Source: Candidatus Eiseniibacteriota bacterium (GTDB lineage: Bacteria > Eisenbacteria > RBG-16-71-46). Taken from it: 64,000 nt of DNA. Under the pieces are notes generated by a model that ran no database searches, was not told the origin of the DNA, and saw only the letters and a program-made list of their open reading frames with translations. The position numbers and the translations under genes were made by a program. Each line of letters begins with the position of its first letter. Within the stretch, counting starts at the first letter, position 1. The stretch covers positions 32,001-96,000 of the forward strand of contig JBGPFC010000005.1 in the NCBI GenBank assembly GCA_041483195.1, read 5' to 3'. This document shows, one piece after another, positions 8,695-18,365 of the stretch.

Positions 8695-8704
8695 GCCCGT
8701 CTAT

Positions 8705-8860
8705 CGTCAAGCAGAAGCCCCGCGCTTCTCACCCGCTGCGGGCCCGTGCGGCCTCGCGTCAGGGTTCTCGGTTCCGGCTCGCGGCTGCATCACGAGTGGA
8801 GCGAATGGCGGCAACGCCGGGCGGGGTCTTTTGTTTGGAGACCCCGCCCGGCGTTTTTTC
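8705..8860 (+). promoter_or_regulatory. Ribosomal protein L20 leader (infC attenuator)
   Basis: AAGCAGAAGC-CCCGC-GCTTCTCACC resembles the L20_leader core; lies upstream of infC-rpmI-rplT and ends in a terminator. Confidence 0.75.
8813..8860 (+). terminator. Intrinsic terminator in the infC leader
   Basis: 17-bp stem AACGCCGGGCGGGGTCT/AGACCCCGCCCGGCGTT ending in a T6 tract. Confidence 0.85.
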
Positions 8861-8916
8861 GCGCGCGCGACGCGCGCGCCGGGTATGCCGAGACCATTCA
8901 CGCGGAGGTGACGACC

Positions 8917-9543
8917 ATTTCCCTGCCGAAGGTACCCGAAGTCCGTGTCAACGAGCGCATCCGTGTTCCCCAGGTCCGCGTCATTGGTGACGACGGCTCG
9001 CAGGTTGGCGTACTTCCGGTGCGCGAAGCGCTCACGCTCGCACAGTCCAGGGGCCTCGATCTGGTCGAGGTGTCGCCCACCGCGCGGCCGCCGGTATGCC
9101 GCATCATGGACTACGGAAAATTCAAGTACGAGCAGAACCGCCGGGCGCGCAAGGCCAAGAAGAAGCAGCACCACATGCAGCTCAAGGAAATCAAGATGCG
9201 GCCCAAGATCGAGGAGCACGACTACACATTCAAGATCCAGCACGCCCGCGAGTTCCTCGAGCAGCGCGACAAGGTCAAGGTCACGGTCACGTTTCGCGGG
9301 CGGGAGATCGCCCATCAGGACATCGGCCACCGTCTGATTCAGAAAGTCATCGCGGCGCTGCTCGACGTGGCATCGGTGGAATCTCCGCCGCGCTCCGAAG
9401 GCCGTACGCTGACCGCGGTGCTGATGCCGAAGCCGCCCAAGACCGGCGGCAAGAGCGAGAGCAAGGACCACGATGGGGCGGTCGCCATACGGCCCCGCAC
9501 CGAAAGCACCGGCCCGCGCGCGGAGACCGGCAGCAGGGAGTGA
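8917..9543 (+). CDS. infC: Translation initiation factor IF-3 (AUU start)
   Basis: GGAGGT SD at 8904-8909 and in-frame ATT at 8917; RVNERIR, LDLVEV, PPVCRIMDYGKFKY motifs. Confidence 0.95.
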   Translation: MSLPKVPEVRVNERIRVPQVRVIGDDGSQVGVLPVREALTLAQSRGLDLVEVSPTARPPVCRIMDYGKFKYEQNRRARKAKKKQHHMQLKEIKMRPKIEEHDYTFKIQHAREFLEQRDKVKVTVTFRGREIAHQDIGHRLIQKVIAALLDVASVESPPRSEGRTLTAVLMPKPPKTGGKSESKDHDGAVAIRPRTESTGPRAETGSRE

Positions 9544-9549
9544 CGATCG

Positions 9550-9747
9550 ATGCCCAAGATGAAAACCAATCGAGCCGCCGCGAAGCGATTCAAGCTGACC
9601 GGCACCGGCAAAGCGGTACGCGCCAAGGCCAACCTGCGGCACGGCATGATCGGCAAGCGCCGCTCACGCAAGCGTCGCCTGGGCGGCACGGAGGTCGTGG
9701 CGGGAGTGGATCAGGCCCGCGTGCAGCGCATGCTCGGCAGACGCTAG
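9550..9747 (+). CDS. rpmI: 50S ribosomal protein L35
   Basis: [21 protein letters not shown]; synteny. Confidence 0.97.
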   Translation: MPKMKTNRAAAKRFKLTGTGKAVRAKANLRHGMIGKRRSRKRRLGGTEVVAGVDQARVQRMLGRR

Positions 9748-9819
9748 GCCAACCCACTCGCATTTCATTTTCCGGCGGCGCTCGCATGCGCATCGCGCCG
9801 GTTGAGGAGGACTCGTAGC

Positions 9820-10176
9820 ATGCCACGCGCAAAAACCGTCGTTCCGGGCCGCGCCCGGCGGCGCAAGGTACTCAAGGCCGCGAAGGGCAATTACAGCGGC
9901 CGACGGAAGCTCTACAAGACCGCGCTCCAGACCGTGCAGCGTGCCGGGCAGTTCGCATTCGAGCACCGCCGCCTGCGCAAGCGCGATTTCCGCCGCCTGT
10001 GGATCACCCGCATCAACGCGGCGGCCCGCATCAACGGGCTCTCATACAGCACGCTCATCTCGGGCCTCAAGCGCGCCAACATCGACGTGAACCGGAAGCT
10101 GCTCGCCGATCTCGCGGTACGCGATGCCGCGGCGTTCGCGAAGCTCGCGGAGGCGGCGAAGTCGGCAGTCGTGTAA
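9820..10176 (+). CDS. rplT: 50S ribosomal protein L20
   Basis: MPRAK...[27 protein letters not shown]. Confidence 0.98.
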   Translation: MPRAKTVVPGRARRRKVLKAAKGNYSGRRKLYKTALQTVQRAGQFAFEHRRLRKRDFRRLWITRINAAARINGLSYSTLISGLKRANIDVNRKLLADLAVRDAAAFAKLAEAAKSAVV

Positions 10177-11324
10177 TGCCGGAATCCCGCGCCCGCCTCG
10201 ACGGGCCAGACCCCGCGTGGAGCAAGGGCGATCCGACGCCACTCGTTCCCGGGTGGCGCGGCGTGGTGGGCGAGATCGAAGCGCTCGACCCCGACGTCGC
10301 GCGGGCGACGTCCGAATACGCGGAGGCGCTGGCCGGCGCCTCGGGCGCCGAGGCGCTCACCGCCGCGCACACCGCGGCGCTGGGGCGCGAGCGCGGCGCA
10401 CTCACCGCTGCGCTCGGCGAGCTGCCGAAGCTCTCGATCGACCGCCGCAAGACCCGCGGCCGCGCGCTCAATCTCGCGAAGCGCCTGCTCACCGAGATCG
10501 AGGCCAACCGGCGCCTCGCGCTGGAGCGCGAGGCCGACGTCAGGGGCGCGATCGACATCACGCTTCCGGGGCGCAAGCCTTGGGTGGGCCGCCGCCACGT
10601 CCTCGCGCGCATCCGCGACGAGATGCTCGACCTGTTCCACGGGCTGGGCTATTCCGTCTACCAGAGCCCCGAGGTCGAGAGCGACGAATACAACTTCGCC
10701 AAGCTCAACTTCCCACCTGACCATCCGGCGCGCGATGCGCACGACACCTACTTCGTGAGCGACGAGGTGGTGCTCCGCACCCACACCTCGCCGGGCTGGG
10801 TGCGCGCGATGGAGGAACGCAAGCCTCCGCTCCGGCTCGTCTTTCCGGGGCGCGTGTATCGCGCCGAGCAGGTGGACGCGAGCCACATGGACCAGTTTCA
10901 CCAGGTGGATGGATTGTTCGTCGACCGCGACGTCTCGATGGCGGACCTCAAGGCCACGCTCAACACGTTCGCGCGCTCGATCTTCGGCAGCCAGGTCCGC
11001 ACCCGGCTGATCCCCATCTACTTTCCGTTCGTGGAGCCCGGCTGCCAGCTCGACGTCGCCTGCGCGATTTGCGACGGCACGGGTCGCATCCGCGAGGGCG
11101 GCGCGGAGCGCCGCTGCGCGGTGTGCAAGGGCTCGGGATGGATCGAGCTGCTGGGGGCGGGGATGGTGCACCCCAACGTGTTTCGCGCGGTGGGCTACGA
11201 CCCCGAGGAGGTCACGGGCTTCGCGTTCGGCATGGGGCTCGAGCGCATCGCGATGATGCGCTACGGGATTCCCGAGATCCGGCTGTTCCTCGAAAACGAC
11301 GTGAGGTTCCTCGAGCAGTTCTGA
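10176..11324 (+). CDS. pheS: Phenylalanyl-tRNA synthetase alpha subunit (start uncertain; alternative GTG near 10263)
   Basis: HPARDAHDTY, LRTHTSP, PGRVYR, FPFVEP, GFAFGMGLER motifs; CxxC...CxxC insertion. Confidence 0.96.
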   Translation: MPESRARLDGPDPAWSKGDPTPLVPGWRGVVGEIEALDPDVARATSEYAEALAGASGAEALTAAHTAALGRERGALTAALGELPKLSIDRRKTRGRALNLAKRLLTEIEANRRLALEREADVRGAIDITLPGRKPWVGRRHVLARIRDEMLDLFHGLGYSVYQSPEVESDEYNFAKLNFPPDHPARDAHDTYFVSDEVVLRTHTSPGWVRAMEERKPPLRLVFPGRVYRAEQVDASHMDQFHQVDGLFVDRDVSMADLKATLNTFARSIFGSQVRTRLIPIYFPFVEPGCQLDVACAICDGTGRIREGGAERRCAVCKGSGWIELLGAGMVHPNVFRAVGYDPEEVTGFAFGMGLERIAMMRYGIPEIRLFLENDVRFLEQF

Positions 11325-11391
11325 GGCCGCCTGGCGCGGCCGCCCCCGGCGTGACGCACGCCGCACCCCTCACCGCATTCCGGAGCCGCTC

Positions 11392-13221
11392 ATGAAGAAG
11401 CTGCTGCTGCGCACGCTCGCGGTGCTGGCGATCGCCGCCGCCGTGTTCGTCGTTCCCACCGTGTGGCTCAAGCCCTGGTCGATCGACCACTACTACGCGC
11501 GCGTGTTCATCCGCTATGCGCTCCGCCATCCGGAGCTGCTGTCGCAGCTCGGCATCCTGGACGGCACGCCGTTCGACGGGTACGCGAGCCGGCTCGACGA
11601 CCGGTCGCCAGACTTCGAGCGCCGCGAGTCGCGGCAGGTGGCGGACGAGCTGCGCACGCTTCACAGCTACGATCGCGCCGGCATGTCCGAGAGCGCGCGA
11701 CTCTCGGCCGACGTGCTCGAATGGTTCCTCGACGATCAGGTGCGCGAGAGCGCCTTCCAGTTCTACGACTACCCGGTGAACCAGCTGTTCGGCGTACAGA
11801 GCGGGCTGCCCGAGTTCATGATGTCGGTGCACGCGCTCAGGCGTCCGCGCGACGCTGAGCACTACGTCGCGCGCCTCTCGCGCTTCGGCGAAGCGATGGA
11901 CCAGACCATCCAGGGTCTCGAGCTGCGGCGGGGGATGGGCATCGTGCCGCCGCGCTTCGTGCTCGAGCGGGTGCTGAAGGAGATGCGCGACTTCGCGTCC
12001 GGGCCGGCGGCCGCGAACCCGCTGGTCGTCACGTTCGCGGCGCGCATCGACAGCATCCGCGGACTCGGAGCGGCCGAAAAGCAGGCGCTGATCTCCCGCG
12101 CCACGCACGAGGTGGAGGGCACGGTGTTCCCGGCGTACGCGCGGCTCATCGCGTGTTGCGCGAGCCTCGAGACGGTCTCAACCACCGACGACGGCGTGTG
12201 GAAATTTCCGCGGGGCGACCGCTACTACGACCAGTGCCTGCGTGCCCGCACCACGACCGATCTGCCCGCCGACACCATTCACGCGATGGGGCTGCGCGAG
12301 CTGGATCGCATCCAGTCGGAGATGCGCGGCATCCTGCGCGCGCACGGGATCCAGGCCGGCGATCTCGGGGCCGCGATGCAGAAGCTGGCGAAGGAGCCGC
12401 GCTTTCACTACCCGCCCGGCGATTCCGGACGGGCGCTGCTGCTCGCGGAATACCAGCGCATCATCGACGATGCGGATCACCGGGTCGGCGCGCTCTTCGA
12501 CCTGCGGCCCCACACCGGCGTCAAGGTCCAGCGCGTCCCAGCGTTCCGCGAGGCGACCGCGCCCGCCGCGTACTACAACTCGGCGAGCCTCAGCGGCTCG
12601 CGCCCCGGCATCTTCTTCGTGAACCTGCGCGACCCGGCCGCGACGCGCCGGATGGAGATGCGCACGCTCGCCTACCACGAGGCGATCCCCGGCCACCACT
12701 TCCAGCTCACGATCGCGCAGGAGCTGAAGGGGCTCCCGTTCTTCCGGAAGATCATCCCGTTCACGGCCTACGTCGAAGGCTGGGGGCTCTACGCCGAGCA
12801 TCTCGCCTACGAGAACGGCTTCCAGCGCGACGCCTACGATTCTCTCGGCGCGCTGCAGGCCGAGCTGTTCCGCGCCGTGCGGCTGGTGGTGGACACCGGC
12901 ATTCACAGGGAGCGCTGGAGCCGGCAGCAGGCGATCGACTTCATGGTGCGCAACACCGGCATGGACACCAGCGAGGTCGTGAGCGAGGTCGAGCGCTACA
13001 TCGTGAACCCGGGGCAGGCGTGCGCATACAAGGTCGGCGAGCTGGAGCTGCTCGAGCTCAGGCAGCGCGCTAAGGACGCGCTCGGATCGCGCTTCGACAT
13101 CCGCAAGTTCCACGACGTCGTGCTCGGCAACGGCGCGTTGCCGCTGTCGATCCTCTCGCGCCAGGTGGACGAGTGGATCGCGGCCGAGAAGCGATCGGCC
13201 GCGCAATCGAGCAAGGGCTAG
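11392..13221 (+). CDS. DUF885 family putative secreted metallopeptidase-like protein
   Basis: N-terminal anchor; LAYHEAIPGHHFQ, YVEGWGLYAE, RAVRLVVDTGIH, EVERY, PGQACAYKVG motifs. Confidence 0.9.
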   Translation: MKKLLLRTLAVLAIAAAVFVVPTVWLKPWSIDHYYARVFIRYALRHPELLSQLGILDGTPFDGYASRLDDRSPDFERRESRQVADELRTLHSYDRAGMSESARLSADVLEWFLDDQVRESAFQFYDYPVNQLFGVQSGLPEFMMSVHALRRPRDAEHYVARLSRFGEAMDQTIQGLELRRGMGIVPPRFVLERVLKEMRDFASGPAAANPLVVTFAARIDSIRGLGAAEKQALISRATHEVEGTVFPAYARLIACCASLETVSTTDDGVWKFPRGDRYYDQCLRARTTTDLPADTIHAMGLRELDRIQSEMRGILRAHGIQAGDLGAAMQKLAKEPRFHYPPGDSGRALLLAEYQRIIDDADHRVGALFDLRPHTGVKVQRVPAFREATAPAAYYNSASLSGSRPGIFFVNLRDPAATRRMEMRTLAYHEAIPGHHFQLTIAQELKGLPFFRKIIPFTAYVEGWGLYAEHLAYENGFQRDAYDSLGALQAELFRAVRLVVDTGIHRERWSRQQAIDFMVRNTGMDTSEVVSEVERYIVNPGQACAYKVGELELLELRQRAKDALGSRFDIRKFHDVVLGNGALPLSILSRQVDEWIAAEKRSAAQSSKG

Positions 13222-13375
13222 GCATGGCACCGCCCCGCGACCGCACGCCGGCGCGCGGAGGCGCCAGCCGCGCCGCGCCCGGCCTTCTGTTCCCGCCGCG
13301 CAGTTGCTACATTCCGAGATTCGCGTCGAACCCGCCGCGGGTTCCGGCGCCGAACCCGAGGCCCGAGGATTCCCC

Positions 13376-15802
13376 GTGAAGCTGCCGATCTCCTGGCTGC
13401 GCGAATGGATCGAGCTGGACGCGACGGCGGAAGCCGTGGCGGACGCGCTCACCCGCCGCGGCTTCTACGTCGAGGGCATCGAGACCCACGGCCATGCGTA
13501 CCCGGGCGTCGTGGTCGCGCGCGTGATCGAGGTGAGCCGCCATCCGAACGCCGACCGCCTGTCGCTGTGCCGCGTGGACGGAGGCGCCGGCGAGCTGCAG
13601 GTGGTGTGCGGCGCGCCGAACGTGACGGCCGGAATGCTCGCTCCGCTCGCCACGGTGGGCGCGCGGCTTCCGAACGGCGTCGTGATCGGCGCCAGCAAGA
13701 TCCGCGGCGTGGAGAGCCAGGGCATGCTGTGCTCCCCGCGCGAGCTCGAGATGTCGGACGAGCACCAGGGCATCCTCGATCTGGTGGCGCATCTCGGCAG
13801 CGGCGAGGGCCTGACCGCGGGGCGTCCGCTCGATCAGCTGCTGGGCCCGGCCGAACAGGTGCTCGAAGTCGAGGTGCCGTTCAATCGCCCCGACGCGCTC
13901 GGCATCGTCGGACTCGCCCGCGAGGTCCGCGCGGCGCTCGACGGGCGCTGGACCGCCGCCGCGAGCGCGCGGCTCGCGAACCGCTGGCAGGGCCGCGCCG
14001 ACTTCGACCTCGAGCTGGAGGACGCGGAGGGTTGTCCGCGTTACCTCGCGCAGGTCGTCGAGGAGATCGAGGTGGTCCCCTCGCCGGCGTGGCTCCGGCG
14101 CCGCCTGGAATCCATGGGCCAGCGCGCGATCAACCTGATCGTGGATCTCACGAACTTCGTGCTGTTCGAGTACGGGCAGCCGCTCCACGCGTTCGACCTC
14201 GCCTCGCTGCGCGGCCCGGCGATCCGCGTGCGCCGCGCGCGGGCCGGCGAGCGCATCGTCACGCTCGACGCGAAGGATCGCGCGCTCGATCCGGAAGTGC
14301 TGGTGATCGCCGATCGAGAGCGTCCGGTCGCGATCGCGGGCGTCATGGGGGGCGCCGAGACCGAGGTGACGAGCGCGACGCGAACGCTGCTGCTCGAATG
14401 CGCGTGGTTCCACCCGCGGCGCATCCGCCGCGGCGCACGCGCGCTCGGTCTCGCCACCGAGGCCTCGAAGCGCTACGAGCGCGGCGTGGACCCCGAGATC
14501 GGGCCGGCCGCAGCGGCGCGCTTTCTCGCGCTGCTCAAGGAAACGCTGCCCGGCGTCCGGCCCGCCGCAGCGCGCGAGCGCAATACGCTCGACGGCAAAC
14601 GGCGAACGCTCACGCTGCGCCCTTCGCGCTGTACGCGGCTGCTGGGCCTCGCCGTCACCGCGCCCGAGATGAGGCGACACCTCGAGAGCTTCGAGTTCGC
14701 GGTCGAGGCCGGCGATCCGCTGCGCGTCACGGTGCCCCCGTGGCGCTCCGACATCGCGTTCGAGGACGACCTGGTCGAGGAGGTGGCGCGGGCGAACGGC
14801 TACGATCGCATCCCGGAAGCGCCGCTCGAGACGCGCGGCCGCTACGCGACGCGTTCCGCGCTCGAGCGCACGCTCGAAGCGGCGCGGGTCGCGATGCTGG
14901 CGCGCGGCCTCACCGAAGCCTGGACGACCTCGCTGCTCGGCGAACGCGAGGCGCTCACGACCGCCGGGCTGCTCGGCGAGGAACCCCGGCTGGTGCGCCT
15001 GCGAAATCCGATGAGCCGCGAGGGCGAGTGCCTGCGCCCGAGCCCGGTGGCCGGCCTGTTGCGCGCCTGCGCGCACAACCTCCGGCAGGGTCGCGCCGCC
15101 GTGCGACTCTTCGAAGTGGGGACCGGGTTCCGCGATCTCGGCGGGAAGCTTCCGGAGGAGCGACCCATGCTCGCGGCGCTGGTGACCGGCGCACCGGACG
15201 CGCACGCCCACGATCCGGCCCGGCCGCCGGTGGACTTCGAGCAGGCGAAGGGGCTGTGGGAGGCGTGGCTCGACGAGATGCGCGTTGACACCCCCCAATG
15301 GCGGACCTATTCTGCGCCCGGCTGGAAACCCGGTGCCAGCGCGGAGGTTGCAAGCGGCACTTCGCGCATTGGTTGGACGGGGACGCTGAGCCAGTCGCTG
15401 CTCCGTGAGTGGGACATCGAGGTCCCCGCGCGCCACGACGTTCATCTTTTCGTGGCGCTTCTGGAACCGCTCTCCCGTTCCGAGGCGGCGCGCCCTCGGG
15501 TCCTGCTCCCCGGGCGCTTCCCGCCGGTTCGTCGCGATGTCGCCTTCTTCGTTCCCGAACACGTGACCCATCGCGAAGTCGAACAGGCGCTGGCCGGCGC
15601 GGCCGGGGAGCGGCTGGCCTCGATCGAGGTGTTCGATGTCTACGCGGGTCCCGGCACGCCGAAGGGCATGAAAAGTCTCGCGTACGCGCTTCAGTTCCAG
15701 CATTCTGAGCGCACGTTGACGGAAGCCGAAGTTCAAACCATCCAGGATCGCATGACGGCGGCCGTGACCGCAGCGTGCGGCGGCCAATTGAGAGAACGAT
15801 GA
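13376..15802 (+). CDS. pheT: Phenylalanyl-tRNA synthetase beta subunit
   Basis: GTG start (KLPISWLREWI); HPNADRL, VCGAPN, NRPD, GQPLHAFD motifs; C-terminal FDX-ACB domain. Confidence 0.96.
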   Translation: MKLPISWLREWIELDATAEAVADALTRRGFYVEGIETHGHAYPGVVVARVIEVSRHPNADRLSLCRVDGGAGELQVVCGAPNVTAGMLAPLATVGARLPNGVVIGASKIRGVESQGMLCSPRELEMSDEHQGILDLVAHLGSGEGLTAGRPLDQLLGPAEQVLEVEVPFNRPDALGIVGLAREVRAALDGRWTAAASARLANRWQGRADFDLELEDAEGCPRYLAQVVEEIEVVPSPAWLRRRLESMGQRAINLIVDLTNFVLFEYGQPLHAFDLASLRGPAIRVRRARAGERIVTLDAKDRALDPEVLVIADRERPVAIAGVMGGAETEVTSATRTLLLECAWFHPRRIRRGARALGLATEASKRYERGVDPEIGPAAAARFLALLKETLPGVRPAAARERNTLDGKRRTLTLRPSRCTRLLGLAVTAPEMRRHLESFEFAVEAGDPLRVTVPPWRSDIAFEDDLVEEVARANGYDRIPEAPLETRGRYATRSALERTLEAARVAMLARGLTEAWTTSLLGEREALTTAGLLGEEPRLVRLRNPMSREGECLRPSPVAGLLRACAHNLRQGRAAVRLFEVGTGFRDLGGKLPEERPMLAALVTGAPDAHAHDPARPPVDFEQAKGLWEAWLDEMRVDTPQWRTYSAPGWKPGASAEVASGTSRIGWTGTLSQSLLREWDIEVPARHDVHLFVALLEPLSRSEAARPRVLLPGRFPPVRRDVAFFVPEHVTHREVEQALAGAAGERLASIEVFDVYAGPGTPKGMKSLAYALQFQHSERTLTEAEVQTIQDRMTAAVTAACGGQLRER
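15285..15313 (+). promoter_or_regulatory. Internal sigma-70 promoter inside pheT
   Basis: TTGACA, 17-nt spacer, TATTCT; locally atypical AT-richer codons. Confidence 0.65.
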
Positions 15803-16098
15803 CCGAAACCCCTCAGCTGATGCAGAGCGATCTCGACCGGCTCGCCGAGCGCGTCGAGAAGGCGGCGGCGCTGGTGCAATCGCTCCGCGATGACCGCACG
15901 CGCCTCGAGCGCGAGCGCGACGAGGTCGCGCGTCGCATGCACGATCTCGAACAGAAGCTTCAGGGCCAGGACGCGTCGGCGCTCCTCCAGGAGCTGAGCG
16001 CGCTCAAGCGCGAGCAGCGGGAGTGGACGAGCGAGCGCCGCGACGTGGCCTCTCGAATCGAGTCGCTGGTCAAGAAGCTCGAGCGACTCGAGGGCTGA
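15799..16098 (+). CDS. ZapB-like coiled-coil protein
   Basis: 99-aa heptad coiled coil between pheT and zapA. Confidence 0.75.
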   Translation: MTETPQLMQSDLDRLAERVEKAAALVQSLRDDRTRLERERDEVARRMHDLEQKLQGQDASALLQELSALKREQREWTSERRDVASRIESLVKKLERLEG

Positions 16099-16215
16099 AC
16101 CCTGCCCGCTCCGCGGCGCTCCGTGGCGAATCGGCCGCGGAGGGCGGGCGGAACCGGACAGGCCGACCACAACGACATCATGGAACGCAGGGAAACGCGG
16201 TGAAGCGAGGGTCCC

Positions 16216-16518
16216 ATGGACGCCAAGAATCTGGTCCAGGTCCAGATCTTCGGTCATAGCTACAGCATTCGCGGCGAAGCGGATCAGGCCTACATCCTGG
16301 AAGTCGCCGCGTACGTCGACCGCAAGATGCGCGAGATCACCGAGAAGCTCCCGGTGGCCTCGCTGTCCAAGGTGGCGATTCTCGCCTCTCTCAACATCGC
16401 AGACGAGCTGTTCAAGGAGCGCGCGCGCCAGCAGACCCAGTCGCAGCAGCTGACCCATCAGGCGGCGCGTCTCAACGCGGTCCTGGATCATTTGCTCGAG
16501 GACGGCCCATCGCGATGA
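16216..16518 (+). CDS. zapA: Cell division protein ZapA
   Basis: VQIFGHSYSI, VAAYVDRKMREI, AILASLNIADEL motifs. Confidence 0.92.
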   Translation: MDAKNLVQVQIFGHSYSIRGEADQAYILEVAAYVDRKMREITEKLPVASLSKVAILASLNIADELFKERARQQTQSQQLTHQAARLNAVLDHLLEDGPSR

Positions 16519-16550
16519 TGGGAGGATCGTAGCCAGCAGCCTCACCGTGT

Positions 16551-16740
16551 AATCCCTGCCGTGCTCGTGATGCCACAACGTTCTTGAACCAACACTTTCG
16601 TTCAGGGTGATCCGGTGGCCGGCGACGTCGAGCCGCGGCTCCCGCGAGGGAACGCGGAGGACCGACCCGGTCGTAAGGAGCACCCACCTGGCTCGCCAGG
16701 TCTCAAGAACGAGCGGGCACACGGCAATTCGGCGGGGAGT
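16551..16740 (+). ncRNA. ssrS: 6S RNA
   Basis: About 190 nt between zapA and rny; terminal pairing TCCCTGCCG/CGGCGGGGA and inner pairing TTCTTGAACC/GGTCTCAAGAA; canonical synteny. Confidence 0.85.
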
Positions 16741-16796
16741 TGTTCCCTGCCTGCGGCCCCGGGGCGTTCGCGCTCCGGGGCGCGGGGGAGATCGGA

Positions 16797-18359
16797 ATGA
16801 ACAACCTCACCTGGATCGGCGGCATCGCCATCGGTGCCGTCTTGGCGTTTGCGGCGGGCTACCTGCTCCGCGCGCGGCTGGGACGTCTCAAGCTGGACAG
16901 CGCCGAGCGGCAGGCGCGCGGACTGCTCGAGCAGGCGGCGCGCGACGCCGAGGGCGTGAAGCGCAACGCGGTGCTCGAAGGCCGCGAGGAGGCGCTGCGG
17001 CACAAGCAGCAGGTCGAGCGCGAGACCCAGGCGGCGCGCGGCACCCAGCTCGCGGCCGAACGGGCGTTCCAGGAGAAGGAAGCGGCCTTCAATCGGCGCG
17101 TCGAGCTGATCGAGAAGAAGGACCGCGACCAGAAGCGCGTCGAGCAGGAGATCGCAGCGCGCGAGCAGGCGGTGTCCCGCCGCAACGGCGATCTCGACCG
17201 GCTGATCGGCGAGCAGACCACGCGCCTCGAGAAGATCGCGGGGCTCAGCGCGGACGAGGCGCGGGCGCAACTGCTCGCGAGCATCGAGAGCGAGGCGCGG
17301 GCGGAGGCCTCGCGGCTGGTCGCCGAGGTGCGCGACAGCGCGCAGCGCAACGCGGAGCGTGAGGCGCGAAAGATCATCACGCTCGCCATCCAGCGCTTCG
17401 CCGCCGATCACGCCTCCGAATCGTCGGTGTCCGTGGTCCATCTGCCGAGCGACGACATGAAGGGCCGCATCATCGGTCGCGAGGGCCGCAACATCCGCTC
17501 GTTCGAGATCATCACCGGGGTGGACGTCATCATCGACGACACGCCGGAGGCCGTGATCCTCTCGGGCTTCGACCCGGTGCGCCGCGAGATCGCGCGGCTG
17601 GCCCTCGAGCGGCTGGTCGCCGACGGCCGGATCCACCCCGCGCGCATCGAGGAGGTCGTGGCCAAGGTGCGGACCGAGGTCGAGAACAAGATCCGCGAGC
17701 TGGGCGAGATGGCCTGCCTCGAGGTCGGCGTTCACGGTATCCACGCGGAGCTGCAGAACACCCTGGGCCGGCTCCACTACCGCACGTCGTACGGGCAGAA
17801 CATCCTGCGCCACTCGATCGAGGTCGCGCACCTCGCGGGGATGATGGCGGCCGAGATCGGCATGGACCAGAAGATGGCGAAGCGCGGCGGGCTGATGCAC
17901 GACATCGGCAAGGCGATCGACCACGACCACGAGGGGACGCATCCGGCGCTCGGCATGGAGCTGGCCGCCCGTTTCGGCGAGCCCCAGCCGGTGCTCGAGG
18001 CGATCGGCTATCACCACGACGACTACTCGGGCGGCAGCCTGTGGCCGGTGCTGATCTCGGCGGCCGACGCGATCTCGGGCGCTCGCCCCGGCGCCCGGCG
18101 CGAGAGCCTCGAGATCTACATCAAGCGCCTCGAGGCGCTCGAGAAGATCGCGAACGGTTTCCCGGGCGTCGAAAAGTCGTACGCGATCCAGGCCGGGCGC
18201 GAAGTGCGCATCATGGTCGAGCACGGCCGGGTGGACGATGCGCGCGCCCAGGGGCTCGCGAGCGAGATCGCGCGCCGGATCGAGAAGGAGCTCCAGTATC
18301 CGGGCCAGATCCGCGTGACCGTGATCCGCGAAACGCGCGCCGTGGACTACGCGAAGTAG
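16797..18359 (+). CDS. rny: Ribonuclease Y
   Basis: N-terminal TM, coiled coil, KH domain ([13 protein letters not shown]), HD domain (HDIGKA), [12 protein letters not shown]. Confidence 0.97.
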   Translation: MNNLTWIGGIAIGAVLAFAAGYLLRARLGRLKLDSAERQARGLLEQAARDAEGVKRNAVLEGREEALRHKQQVERETQAARGTQLAAERAFQEKEAAFNRRVELIEKKDRDQKRVEQEIAAREQAVSRRNGDLDRLIGEQTTRLEKIAGLSADEARAQLLASIESEARAEASRLVAEVRDSAQRNAEREARKIITLAIQRFAADHASESSVSVVHLPSDDMKGRIIGREGRNIRSFEIITGVDVIIDDTPEAVILSGFDPVRREIARLALERLVADGRIHPARIEEVVAKVRTEVENKIRELGEMACLEVGVHGIHAELQNTLGRLHYRTSYGQNILRHSIEVAHLAGMMAAEIGMDQKMAKRGGLMHDIGKAIDHDHEGTHPALGMELAARFGEPQPVLEAIGYHHDDYSGGSLWPVLISAADAISGARPGARRESLEIYIKRLEALEKIANGFPGVEKSYAIQAGREVRIMVEHGRVDDARAQGLASEIARRIEKELQYPGQIRVTVIRETRAVDYAK

Positions 18360-18365
18360 GCGCGC

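Noticed and set aside
8746..8916. Upstream extension of infC in the ORF track
   Set aside because: It covers the leader and terminator; SD plus ATT at 8917 is the expected start
11060..11135. CxxC...CxxC insertion in PheS
   Set aside because: Known feature of many bacterial PheS proteins
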